DNA of 64,000 nucleotides from an archaeon (GTDB taxonomy: Archaea > Nanobdellota > Nanobdellia > Pacearchaeales > GW2011-AR1). The position numbers were made by a program, and so were the translations under genes. Below the pieces are notes generated by a model that was not told where the DNA came from, made no database searches, and saw only the letters and a list, made by a program, of their open reading frames with translations. Below, in pieces: positions 18,685 through 27,633 of the stretch. The stretch's first letter is position 1. The number at the start of each line of letters is the position of its first letter. Where the stretch lies: NCBI GenBank assembly GCA_018651605.1, contig JABIDS010000013.1:717-64716 (forward strand), given 5' to 3'.

Positions 18685-21600
18685 ATGGAATTAAAGAAAT
18701 TTTTATTTGCAGGGATATTATTAGGTTTGTTTTTGATAAATGTTAATTTAGTATTTGCTGAAGAACATTTGGATAAGAATTTTTTATCTCAAAAAGTATT
18801 AACTGAACTTAATTTTATTGAAGACGACTTAATATTTTTAAAAGAGTTGCCTGATTTTAATGCATTTATTAATGGAGATTTATCTCGTAAAAAACATCTT
18901 CAAGATACTTTTTTCAGTTTTTCAAAAAATAAACAAATTTATTATCAGATAAGATATCTTGATGAGAATGGAAAAGAAATTATTAGGGTAGATAATATTG
19001 AAGATAAGACTGAGATTATTTCTGAAGATAAACTCCAGAATAAAAAAGGAAGATATTATTTTGATGATGCATTTCTTTTAGATGATAATGATATTTTTGT
19101 TTCTCCATTGGATTTGAATATTGAGCGAGGGGAATTAGAAAATAGGGGAAGTGAGGAAAATCCAGTTTATGTTCCTGTAATAAGGTATGCTACTCCTGTT
19201 TTTGATTCAGAGAAGAAAAAGGTAGGAATAATTATTCTTAATGTTTATGCGAATTATATTTTAGATATTTTTAGCGAGAATGGTGTTGAGCATTCTAATG
19301 AAAAAGTATATCTTGTGAATAATGAAGGTTATTTTTTATTTCATTCAGATTCTTCAAAAGAGTTTGGTTTTATGTTTGAGAAGGATATTACATTGAATAG
19401 TGAATTTGGAAAAGAGTTTAATCAGGTTTTTGAAACTGATGAGGGAGTGTTTAGTTCTGGCGAGAAAATTTATAATTATATAAAGATTTTTCCTTCTGAC
19501 TTGGAAATAATTTCAAGCAGTGGTTCTCCCCAGAGTTATGCTCCGAGTTTATCTAAGGTTCAGGGAGAGGATTATTTTTGGGTTTTAATTGTTGAATCTC
19601 CAGTTGTTAAAGAAACAATTGTTTTTACAACTCCTATATTGGGCATTTATATTTTGCTTGGAATTATTATTATTTTAGTAATCTATTTTGTTTTTTTTAG
19701 AAAGAAAAAAGAAAAAAAATCAATTTCTAGTGGTTTTTTATTTGGGAAATTAAATAGAAAGATTATTTTTGGGTTTTTAATTGTCGCATTATTGTTTGGA
19801 ATCATTGCAGGTATTGGGAGTTTTTATCTAGAGAAGGTTGCTGAAGGAGATTACGTTGATGCTATTTATGAATTTGAACAGGATTTTAATGATTTTAAAG
19901 AAGGAGATATAAGAACTCTTTCTGTTGGTTTGGAAATTGCTGTTCAAGACGAAGGATTAAAAAAAGTTTATTTGGAAAAAGATAGGGAGAAACTCTATGA
20001 TTATGGGCAAGATTTGTTTAATAATTTGAAAGAAGAATATTTTGTGACTCATTTTTATTTTATTGAACCTGATGGGAATTGTTTTGTTAGGTTGCATAAT
20101 CATGAGAAATTTAATGATGAGATTAAAAGGGCTACTTTTTTGAATGCTAAGGAAACAAAGAATATTGGTGCAGGTATTGAATTAGGGAAAACTGCTTTTG
20201 CAATGAGGGTTGTTAAACCTTATTATGATGATGAGAAGCTAATTGGTTATATAGAATTAGGGGAGGAGGTAGATCATTTTTTAGAGTATATGAAAAAAGG
20301 AAAGAATAATGAATTTTCAATTATTGTCGATAAGAAATTTATAAATAAAGAGGATTGGGCTTCAGTTAGGGATGTTAAAGGTTTAGAAAATAATTGGGAT
20401 AATTTGGAAAATCATGTTACTATTTCTTCTACAATTGAAAATAATGTGCATTGTTTTAATTCAGATAATGTTGCGAAGGTTCTTGATGGGGAACGGGTTT
20501 TTGGAACATTTAATTCTGAAAACGGAAATTTTATATGTGGAGGATTTCCTTTAATTGATGCTTCTGGGAATGAGGTTGGGGCTCTTTTTGCATTGATTGA
20601 ATCTTCTAAAAAAATTGGTTTTATAACTACTGTAAGATATGGGCTATTGAGTATTATTATTCTTTTTATCCTTGCAATCATTGTTCTTAGTTTTTTTATT
20701 AAATCTAAAATCATAACCCCTATTGCTAAATTGAATAATGCAACTTTAGAAATTGAGAAAAAGAATTTTAAGGCTCGTGTAAATATTAAAACTGGAGATG
20801 AGTTACAAGCATTGGGAATGTCTTTTAATAAAACTGCTCAGGTTTTGGAAGGGATGGATAAAGAGCATAAGCAGTTAGAGAAAGCTAAGACTGAATTTTT
20901 GTCTATTACCTCTCATGAGTTGAGGAGTCCGATGACTCCAATGCAGGCACAATTGCAGATGTTGATGGGAGAGTATTATGGGAAGTTGAATGAGAAACAG
21001 AAAAATTCATTAGATATTGTTGCTAGGAATACTAAGCGGCTGGATAATATTATTGTTGATTTTTTGGAGATTTCTCGTATTGAAGCTGCTCGTTTGAAGT
21101 TTAGGTTTGTTAAAAAAGATTTGACTGGTTCTATTAAAAGATTGATGAAAGAGATGGTTGGATTTATGCCTGAGAAAAAAGTTAAGTTGTTTAGTAAGAT
21201 TAGTAAATTGCCTGTGATAGAAGTTGATCCAGATAGGGTTATGCAGGCTTTGAGGAATTTGATGAATAATGCAGTTAAGTTTTCTAAGCCTGGTTCTAAA
21301 GTTGTTGTTAGTGCTAAGTTGAAAGATAATATGATGGAGTTTAGTGTTGCTGATGAAGGTATTGGGATTAAGCCTGAAGACCAGAAGAGAATTTTTGAGC
21401 CGTTTTTTCAAGCAGAACAGACAATGTATAGGGAGCATCAGGGAACTGGATTGGGGTTGGCGATTATTAGAGGAATTGTTGAAAGTCAGAATGGTAGGGT
21501 TTGGTTAGAAAGTGAGGTTGGTAAAGGGACTACTTTTTATTTTACAGTTCCATTGAAACCTGTTAGAAAAATTAAGCCGATTAAATTGTTGTTTTCTGAA

Positions 21601-21915
21601 TCTAAAAATGTTGAGAAACAATTGAAGAAAGTTTTTTTGGAAGTTTTAGGTCCGATGGGTGAGCAGGAGTTTGAAAGTTTGGAGGGAAAAGGGCAGTTGG
21701 GTCGGAAAGATTTGATGTGGTATATTGATTTTTTGGTTAAGAAAGGGGTTCTTGATAATATGAATGGTGAAGTTTTTAAAGGGGAGATTCTTAATGTATT
21801 TGGTGAAGATAAAAAAGAAGTTGATTCAGAATCTTTAAAGAAAGCAGGATTTATTGCAAGTCCTAAAAAAAAGATTAATGCAGTAGAATTTAAAAATAAA
21901 TTGATGAAAAAATAA
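18685..21915 (+). CDS. sensor histidine kinase with two large extracytoplasmic (Cache-like) regions, HAMP, HisKA and HATPase_c
   Basis: H-box FLSITSHELRSPMTP, N-box LRNLMNNAVKF, G-boxes DEGIGI and GTGLGLAI. The HAMP-like segment follows the TM helix LLSIIILFILAIIVLSFFI. An alternative GTG start lies at 18676. Confidence 0.88.
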   Translation: MELKKFLFAGILLGLFLINVNLVFAEEHLDKNFLSQKVLTELNFIEDDLIFLKELPDFNAFINGDLSRKKHLQDTFFSFSKNKQIYYQIRYLDENGKEIIRVDNIEDKTEIISEDKLQNKKGRYYFDDAFLLDDNDIFVSPLDLNIERGELENRGSEENPVYVPVIRYATPVFDSEKKKVGIIILNVYANYILDIFSENGVEHSNEKVYLVNNEGYFLFHSDSSKEFGFMFEKDITLNSEFGKEFNQVFETDEGVFSSGEKIYNYIKIFPSDLEIISSSGSPQSYAPSLSKVQGEDYFWVLIVESPVVKETIVFTTPILGIYILLGIIIILVIYFVFFRKKKEKKSISSGFLFGKLNRKIIFGFLIVALLFGIIAGIGSFYLEKVAEGDYVDAIYEFEQDFNDFKEGDIRTLSVGLEIAVQDEGLKKVYLEKDREKLYDYGQDLFNNLKEEYFVTHFYFIEPDGNCFVRLHNHEKFNDEIKRATFLNAKETKNIGAGIELGKTAFAMRVVKPYYDDEKLIGYIELGEEVDHFLEYMKKGKNNEFSIIVDKKFINKEDWASVRDVKGLENNWDNLENHVTISSTIENNVHCFNSDNVAKVLDGERVFGTFNSENGNFICGGFPLIDASGNEVGALFALIESSKKIGFITTVRYGLLSIIILFILAIIVLSFFIKSKIITPIAKLNNATLEIEKKNFKARVNIKTGDELQALGMSFNKTAQVLEGMDKEHKQLEKAKTEFLSITSHELRSPMTPMQAQLQMLMGEYYGKLNEKQKNSLDIVARNTKRLDNIIVDFLEISRIEAARLKFRFVKKDLTGSIKRLMKEMVGFMPEKKVKLFSKISKLPVIEVDPDRVMQALRNLMNNAVKFSKPGSKVVVSAKLKDNMMEFSVADEGIGIKPEDQKRIFEPFFQAEQTMYREHQGTGLGLAIIRGIVESQNGRVWLESEVGKGTTFYFTVPLKPVRKIKPIKLLFSESKNVEKQLKKVFLEVLGPMGEQEFESLEGKGQLGRKDLMWYIDFLVKKGVLDNMNGEVFKGEILNVFGEDKKEVDSESLKKAGFIASPKKKINAVEFKNKLMKK

Positions 21916-21928
21916 AAAGGAGGTAAAA

Positions 21929-22366
21929 ATGAAAGTAATAAATTTAATGTTTATGATGTTGGTTGTTGGGATGATGTTGATTGTTCCTGTAATGGCTGCG
22001 GAAGATGATGAGCATGATGAAGATAATGCTGTTGGAACTTTTGTGCATGTTTTGTCTTTGGTTTTGGCTATAGTGGTAGTTGTTTTTGCATTTATGGCTG
22101 CAGGAATGTTTGCAGAAAGTTTAGGTAATGCAATGAAGATGGTAGGGGTTGGTATGATTTTTTTGGCTATTAATAATGGTTTAGAAGAATTACATCATTT
22201 TGGAGTTAGTTTTCTTCCTGATGGAATAACACATTCTATAATGCATCATGGTTTTGGTGGAATTGGATATGTTTTATTGGCCTATGGATTTTATAAAGTG
22301 TATAGGGTAGCTAAAGGAGTATCTAGTGATTCAATCAATAAACCTGTACAAAAGGAGACTAAGTAA
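21929..22366 (+). CDS. His-rich membrane protein
   Basis: Signal/TM helices, EELHHFG and SIMHHGFGG motifs, GGAGG SD. Confidence 0.5.
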   Translation: MKVINLMFMMLVVGMMLIVPVMAAEDDEHDEDNAVGTFVHVLSLVLAIVVVVFAFMAAGMFAESLGNAMKMVGVGMIFLAINNGLEELHHFGVSFLPDGITHSIMHHGFGGIGYVLLAYGFYKVYRVAKGVSSDSINKPVQKETK

Positions 22367-22555
22367 ATGGTAAGAAATATAGTTACTGTTGGAACTTTAT
22401 TAGATAGTGGTCTGATAAAAAAAGAAACTAAAGTTAAAATTAGTGCGGATAATCTAATGGAGATAAATTTAATTAAACCTTTGATTAAAAAGAAAGTTGT
22501 AGAAATAACTGAGCTTGATGAAAAAGGTTGGATAAAGAAAAAAGGAGGTAAATGA
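22367..22555 (+). CDS. small hypothetical protein
   Basis: 62-aa ORF abutting its neighbours in an operon-like arrangement. No recognisable motif. Confidence 0.35.
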   Translation: MVRNIVTVGTLLDSGLIKKETKVKISADNLMEINLIKPLIKKKVVEITELDEKGWIKKKGGK

Positions 22556-22556
22556 A

Positions 22557-22982
22557 ATGAAATTAATAGTACAATTAAAAAAAGAGCACGTAGAAATTAT
22601 GCATGCATTTGAGTCTATAAAGTCTGGAGTTTCTGAGGGTAAATCTGGAGATGCGGATTTGATTAATGAGTTGAGGGAGTTGAAGAATATTCTTGTTGCA
22701 CATTTGGATTTGGAGGATAAGATGCTGTATCCTGGATTGAATAAATCAGGAGGTGAAGCTAAGGAGGTAGGTGAAAAGTTTTCAAAAGAGATGCTGGAAA
22801 TTTCAAAAGTTGCTTTAGCTTTTTTTGGAAAATATATGAGTGAAACTATTGGGGATTTATTAAGGAGTGCAGAGTTTAGAAAAGAATTGGATGGAGTTAT
22901 TCAAGCTGTGACTAAAAGAGTAGATGCCGAGGAAAACACATTGTTTCCTATATATGAAAAGTGTTGCGAGGTTGGGAAATGA
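22557..22982 (+). CDS. hemerythrin HHE cation-binding-like protein
   Basis: LKKEHVEIMHAF...LVAHLDLEDKMLYPGL...EENTLFPIYE fits the H/E-rich four-helix pattern. Confidence 0.5.
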   Translation: MKLIVQLKKEHVEIMHAFESIKSGVSEGKSGDADLINELRELKNILVAHLDLEDKMLYPGLNKSGGEAKEVGEKFSKEMLEISKVALAFFGKYMSETIGDLLRSAEFRKELDGVIQAVTKRVDAEENTLFPIYEKCCEVGK

Positions 22983-24529
22983 AATTAGCAACAATATTAA
23001 TTATGTCGTTTATATTAATGGGTTTAATTGGGAGTCTTAGTGGAACTTATTATTTTTATTCTCAATCAGAAGCATTATTAGAAGAAAGAATTATAGAAGG
23101 TTTACAATCAACTGCAGCAGCACTTGAAAACTTTATTGATAAATTTTTAGAAGAACAAGAAGATAAAATTAGAATAGCTGCAACTCATGGAGACCTTACA
23201 AATGAAGAATTAAAGGAAATACGAGATTTACAAGAAGAATTTTATGAAGTTTTTGTTTTAGATTCTAAGGGGATTATAATTGTTTCTTCTGAGGAATCTC
23301 AGATTGGAAAAGATAAATCAAATGATGCTTATTTTATAAATGCAAGAGATAAAATATATATTAAACCTGCTTATTTATCTGAATCAACTAAGAAACAGTC
23401 TATTTCTGTTTCTACTCCTTTTCATGAAGGTGTTTTAGTTGCAAGAATTGAATTAGAAGCATTTGAAGAGATTATTTCTGATAAAACTGGTTTAGGTGAG
23501 ACTGGAGAGTCATTATTAGGTTATAATGATGAACATGGACAACCAGTATTTTTTACTGAATTAAGATTTGAAGAAGAAGAAGAAGAAGAAGATGGAAAAC
23601 ATATTGTTTTGCCAATTGAAGAAGCATTAGCTGGAAAAGAAGAAGTATTTTTGGATTCTCATGATTATCGCCATGTTAATGTAATTGCAGTAACAAGATA
23701 TATTGAAGCAATTGATGTTGGAATGGTTGTTAAATTTGATGATGCTGAAGCATTTGGTGTTGCAAGGGATCAATTGATGAAGACTAGTATTTATATAATT
23801 ATTGCAATTTTGATTTCTTTTTCAATTGTTGGATTTTTTATTGCTCGTTTTGTTTCAAAACCTATTGCAAAATTGACCTCAGATGTTGATGAAGTTACTA
23901 AGGGTAAATTGGATATTCAGTTATCTAAGAGTGGGATTTATGAAGTTCAGAAGTTGACTAACTCTTTGAATAGGATTTTAGCTTCGCTGAAGTTGGCGAT
24001 TTTGAAGACTGGTTCGGGTAAGGAAGAATTAGGTTTAGGAGAAATTGTTAAATCTAAGAAAGAGGCTGAGGAAAAATATAAGATATTGTATGAAAGTTCT
24101 AGGGATGCTATAATGATTTTAGAACCTCCTACTTGGAACTTTACTGCTGGAAATCCTGCTACTGTTAAGATGTTTGGTGCAAAGGATGAAAAAGAGTTTA
24201 TTTCTAAAACTCCTGGAGATTTATCTCCTAAGAAACAAATTGATGGGCAGTTGTCTTCTGTTAAGGCAAAGAAAATGATTGAGGGTGCAATGAAAAAAGG
24301 TTCAAATTCTTTTTATTGGACTCATAAAAAAATTGATGGAGAAGATTTTTTAGCCCAGGTTTTATTGACAAAGTTTAAATTGGATGGGAAAGATGTTTTG
24401 CAGGCTACGGTTAGGGATTTGTCTAAAAAGAAAGTTGTTAAAAATGTTGTTGTTCCAGTTAAGAAAATTGTTGATAAAAAAGTTTCTAATGTGATTAAGA
24501 AATTGCCTAAAAAAGGAGAGGGTAAATAA
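22979..24529 (+). CDS. membrane sensor protein: extracytoplasmic Cache-like domain, HAMP and PAS, with no kinase or output domain
   Basis: TM helix - approximately 260-aa periplasmic-type domain - TM helix. HAMP (FIARFVSKPIAKLTSDVDEVTKGKLDIQL). PAS-like (YKILYESSRDAIMILEP...GEDFLAQVLLTKFKLDGKDVLQATVRDLS). The ATG overlaps the upstream stop (ATGA). The track start at 22961 is GTG. Confidence 0.7.
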   Translation: MKLATILIMSFILMGLIGSLSGTYYFYSQSEALLEERIIEGLQSTAAALENFIDKFLEEQEDKIRIAATHGDLTNEELKEIRDLQEEFYEVFVLDSKGIIIVSSEESQIGKDKSNDAYFINARDKIYIKPAYLSESTKKQSISVSTPFHEGVLVARIELEAFEEIISDKTGLGETGESLLGYNDEHGQPVFFTELRFEEEEEEEDGKHIVLPIEEALAGKEEVFLDSHDYRHVNVIAVTRYIEAIDVGMVVKFDDAEAFGVARDQLMKTSIYIIIAILISFSIVGFFIARFVSKPIAKLTSDVDEVTKGKLDIQLSKSGIYEVQKLTNSLNRILASLKLAILKTGSGKEELGLGEIVKSKKEAEEKYKILYESSRDAIMILEPPTWNFTAGNPATVKMFGAKDEKEFISKTPGDLSPKKQIDGQLSSVKAKKMIEGAMKKGSNSFYWTHKKIDGEDFLAQVLLTKFKLDGKDVLQATVRDLSKKKVVKNVVVPVKKIVDKKVSNVIKKLPKKGEGK

Positions 24530-24530
24530 A

Positions 24531-24932
24531 ATGGTATTTATGAAATGGAGTGATGAATTAGGTGTTAATGTTAAGGAGATTGATGAGCAACATAAAAAAT
24601 TGTTTGAAATTATTAATAGGGCTCATGAAGGGGCTATAAATAAAGATAAGAAAGAAGGTAATGATGTTTTGAATGAATTGATTGAGTTTGTTAGAGTGCA
24701 TTTTTCAACAGAGGAGAAGTATTTTGAAAAATGTAATTATTCTGGGGCTAAAGAGCATATTGCAGAGCATTTGAAATTGACTGAAAAGGTTTTGAAATTT
24801 AAGAATGATTTTGATAAGGGTGAGTGTGATTGTTCTGCTTTTTTGGATTTTTTGAAATCTTGGATAGAGGAACATTTGAAGGTAATGGATATGAAATATG
24901 TTTCTGAGTTTAAGAAATGTGGATTGAGATAG
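24531..24932 (+). CDS. bacteriohemerythrin-like metal-binding protein
   Basis: WSDELGVNVKEIDEQHKKLFEIIN...HFSTEEKYF...EHIAEH...WIEEHLKVMDMKY is the canonical hemerythrin His/Glu pattern. Confidence 0.85.
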   Translation: MVFMKWSDELGVNVKEIDEQHKKLFEIINRAHEGAINKDKKEGNDVLNELIEFVRVHFSTEEKYFEKCNYSGAKEHIAEHLKLTEKVLKFKNDFDKGECDCSAFLDFLKSWIEEHLKVMDMKYVSEFKKCGLR

Positions 24933-24975
24933 ATTTAAATATTATTATTATTTCTTATAATGAGGTGAGAATTGT

Positions 24976-25983
24976 ATGGTAAAAAAGAAGGTGAAGAAGA
25001 AAAAGAAAGTTGTTGATAAAAAGGAAATTGTTTCTAAAAAGAAGGAGATTAAACAAAAACCTATTGAGAATAAGGAGGATTTGAAGAAATCAAAAATTTC
25101 TAAGGCAGATGGTTCTTCTAAAAAAACTATAGATGTTTCTGAGATTGCTAAGGAAATTAAAGCTGAACAGATTTCTGAACAGAGAAAGCCTCTTGAGAAT
25201 TTTGGAGATGATGGTAAGAAAGTTAAGAAGAAAATTTCTGGTAAATATATTTTGACAGGAGTTCCAGGGTTTGATGATTTGATGACTAAAGGAATTCCTA
25301 AGGGGAACGCTATGTTGGTTGCAGGTGGGGCTGGGAGTGGTAAAACTATTTTTTGTTTACAGACTTTAGTGAATAAGGCTAAGGAGGGTAAGAAATGTTT
25401 GTATATGAGTTTTGAAGAAAGGGAGAGTAGGTTGCTTTCTCATATGGAAGAATTTGGATGGAATCCTAAGGAGCTTATTGATAATGGTAATTTGAAAATT
25501 CAGAGAATAAATCCTTTTGATATTACTCGAAATGTTGATGCATTGTTGGCTAAACAAAAAGGAGAATTGTTAATTGATATTGATCCTGTGATTATTCCTA
25601 AAGACTTTAAACCTGATTTTATTGCTCTTGATTCTTTAACTGCAATAGCTTCGGCGTTTACTGGTAAAGAGGAGAATTATAGAATTTATATTGAACAGTT
25701 GTTTAGGTTTTTTGAAAAGATTGGGGCTACTTCATTGTTGATTACAGAGACTGAACAGATACCTAAGATATTTAGTAAAACTGGTGTTGAAGAATTTTTA
25801 GCTGATGGGGTTGTTGTTTTTTATAATTTGAAACATGGAAACGTTCGGGAGAATGCTATGGAGATTTTGAAGTTAAGGGGTGCTGCCCATCAGAAAAAGA
25901 TTGTTGCAATGCAAATTACTGGGCAAGGGATTGTTATTTATCCTGAACAAGAAGTATTTTCGGATATTTCAGAAGGAAGTTAA
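24976..25983 (+). CDS. KaiC-like RecA-superfamily ATPase (single domain) with a Lys-rich N-terminal extension
   Basis: GVPGFDDLMTKGIPKGNAMLVAGGAGSGKT (Walker A), CLYMSFEE, Walker B FIALDSL, ILKLRGAAH. Confidence 0.85.
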   Translation: MVKKKVKKKKKVVDKKEIVSKKKEIKQKPIENKEDLKKSKISKADGSSKKTIDVSEIAKEIKAEQISEQRKPLENFGDDGKKVKKKISGKYILTGVPGFDDLMTKGIPKGNAMLVAGGAGSGKTIFCLQTLVNKAKEGKKCLYMSFEERESRLLSHMEEFGWNPKELIDNGNLKIQRINPFDITRNVDALLAKQKGELLIDIDPVIIPKDFKPDFIALDSLTAIASAFTGKEENYRIYIEQLFRFFEKIGATSLLITETEQIPKIFSKTGVEEFLADGVVVFYNLKHGNVRENAMEILKLRGAAHQKKIVAMQITGQGIVIYPEQEVFSDISEGS

Positions 25984-25984
25984 A

Positions 25985-26500
25985 ATGAAAAATAAATTAG
26001 TATTTTTGTTGAAGCATGATGATTATTTTAATGGGGTAGTTAAACTTGCTGAAAAAAAAGGAAGTAAGATTTGTTATATAACTTTGAATAAAAGTTGCGA
26101 GTATTTGAATGAGAAATTGAATGTGAGTAATTTTAGTGAGGGTAAGTTTTATTTTATTGATGGTATTTCTCCTATAATAAAAAAGTCTGGGGAGGTTAAG
26201 GGTTGTGATTTTATTAATGTGTCTAAAGGGTTTGCTAGTTTAATGAATCATGTTAAAAAGGCATTGAAAAATGGATATAATACTGTTATCTTGGATTCTT
26301 TGTCAAATGTTTTGACATATTCTTCTTTGAAAAAGACTTGTTCTTTTGTTGATGTTCTTTTGGATGTTGTTAAAAAAAGTGGTGGGAGTTTGATTGTCTT
26401 TTGTAATAAGTCTGATGAAGGTAGGGTTGGAGACTCACTTTGTATTTCTAATTTTAAAGTTTACAAACAACCTTCTTTGCTTTTTGGTACTAGGGAGTAG
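25985..26500 (+). CDS. KaiC/RecA-fold-like protein lacking Walker A (paralog of 17367-17981)
   Basis: KICYITLNK, YFIDGISP and TVILDSLSNVLTY blocks are shared with 17367-17981. The ATG at 25985 lies 2 nt after the kaiC-like stop. The track extension to 25880 overlaps the upstream gene. Confidence 0.45.
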   Translation: MKNKLVFLLKHDDYFNGVVKLAEKKGSKICYITLNKSCEYLNEKLNVSNFSEGKFYFIDGISPIIKKSGEVKGCDFINVSKGFASLMNHVKKALKNGYNTVILDSLSNVLTYSSLKKTCSFVDVLLDVVKKSGGSLIVFCNKSDEGRVGDSLCISNFKVYKQPSLLFGTRE

Positions 26501-26548
26501 ATTTTTATTTTTGGTTAATTGTTTTTGTATTTGGTGTTTTTAGTGTGT

Positions 26549-26637
26549 ATTCAAAGAATCAAAAGATTCTTTGAATCATAACACTAGAAAATTTTTTAAA
26601 TTTTCTGTGCCACAAAATTCTTTGTAAATTTTGTTGG
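26549..26637. repeat. three consecutive AT-rich hairpins downstream of the signalling island
   Basis: attcaaagaatc-aaaa-gattctttgaat (26549-26578), agaaaattt-ttt-aaattttct, and ccacaaaatt-ctttgta-aattttgttgg. Confidence 0.6.
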
Positions 26638-26696
26638 AAACAAGGGGCTTTTTCAAACCCCTCCTTTAGGGAGGGGTGCCCCATTGTTTTTCTGAT
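26638..26696. repeat. nested-hairpin element, copy 1 (the other copy is 54180-54239)
   Basis: aaacaaggggctttttcaaacccctcctttagggaggggtgccccattgtttttctgat. Outer stem acaaggggc/gcccc(a)ttgt. Inner stem cccctcc/ggagggg. Confidence 0.75.
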
Positions 26697-26700
26697 TTCT

Positions 26701-26740
26701 ATGGAAGTATATAGAAGTATAAAGAAGTGTATGGAAATAT
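26701..26740 (+). promoter_or_regulatory. four tandem 10-nt direct repeats (candidate operator) upstream of the RHH gene
   Basis: atggaagtat / atagaagtat / aaagaagtgt / atggaaatat, followed by the TATA-like atatttaaaaagg. The RHH ATG is at 26793. Confidence 0.45.
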
Positions 26741-26792
26741 TTAAAAAGGAAGATTGGTTTAAGTTGTTATTGAAAAAAAGAGATTATTGTAG

Positions 26793-26939
26793 ATGGGAAA
26801 ACGAAAAGTTACATTGAGTTTGGATGAAGATTTGTATAAGAAGTTTCAGGAGTTTTGTGAGGAAAATGATGTTATGCTTTCTAAGAGAATTGATAGATTG
26901 ATTACTAAACATTTGGAAGAGCAGGGGGTTAAGAAATGA
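26793..26939 (+). CDS. ribbon-helix-helix (CopG/Arc-like) DNA-binding protein, 48 aa (not in the supplied track)
   Basis: My own translation gives MGKRKVTLSLDEDLYKKFQEFCEENDVMLSKRIDRLITKHLEEQGVKK, with a beta-strand (KVTLSL) followed by two helices. Its stop overlaps the next ATG (ATGA at 26936-26939). Confidence 0.6.
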   Translation: MGKRKVTLSLDEDLYKKFQEFCEENDVMLSKRIDRLITKHLEEQGVKK

Positions 26940-27616
26940 GAGAGCCTTCTTTTTTTAGAAAAAAAAGAACCTTCGGGAAGAAAAAAACTATCTTTGTGTT
27001 TTTTGTTTTGATGTTTTTTATTGGGAGTGTTAGTGGGGCTGGAGATTTAAGTTGGGCTCCCAGTAATTTTAATGTTTACGAGTCATCTTCTTTAGTTTCT
27101 GATGCAGGAACTTTAGTTTGTTCGTTGAGTTTGACAGATACAGATAATCAAGTTATAGAATGTAGTGGTAGTGGAATGATTGCAGATAGTACTGATTATT
27201 GTTTAGAATATAATATAACCATGCTTGATGCAGATGAAAATAAATGGAAATGGACTGATGTGGAAGATTCGGCATTAGGTTATTTTAATATTATTGGAGT
27301 TATGGGGACTGGGAATATTTTTGGTAATGGGGCTAGTGTGAATGATTGTGAATTTATTTTATATGATGGAGAACATAAGAATACTCCTGATTGTAATCCA
27401 TTTATTCATTCTACTGCGACAGATACAATTCAATTTTATGTTAATGGGACGAATAATAAGGCAGAGATTAAACTTAAAACTACTGCTGGAGAACATGAAG
27501 GATTGAGGGTTTGTATTACTACTGGAACCGGAGTGACTAGTGATGATTCAGTTTATTTGTTTACTCATGAAAATAGGGGGGGATTGAGGAGCGTTCAAAT
27601 AATCTTAGTTTTATAA
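26936..27616 (+). CDS. secreted protein with signal peptide, possibly the detached N-terminus of the following giant protein
   Basis: [18 protein letters not shown] + IFVFFVLMFFIGSVSGA signal. The ORF ends 35 nt after a G7 tract, and the downstream giant ORF frame is open from 27577. Confidence 0.65.
   Translation: MREPSFFRKKRTFGKKKTIFVFFVLMFFIGSVSGAGDLSWAPSNFNVYESSSLVSDAGTLVCSLSLTDTDNQVIECSGSGMIADSTDYCLEYNITMLDADENKWKWTDVEDSALGYFNIIGVMGTGNIFGNGASVNDCEFILYDGEHKNTPDCNPFIHSTATDTIQFYVNGTNNKAEIKLKTTAGEHEGLRVCITTGTGVTSDDSVYLFTHENRGGLRSVQIILVL
27576..27582 (+). other. G7 homopolymer / G_GGG_GGA slippery heptamer at the junction of ORFs 26936-27616 and 27634-34521
   Basis: aaataGGGGGGGattgagg. The 0-frame reads AGG GGG GGA. 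The -1 frame is open from 27577 and runs into the giant ORF. Confidence 0.7.
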
Positions 27617-27633
27617 TTAATGCTGATCCTGTA

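Noticed and set aside
25880-25984. Track start at 25880 gives a 206-aa ORF overlapping the kaiC-like gene by about 100 nt.
   Set aside because: The extension (MLPIRKRLLQCKLLGKG...) is an out-of-frame read-through of the kaiC-like 3' end. The ATG at 25985 lies 2 nt after that gene's stop, and the paralog alignment with 17367-17981 starts there.
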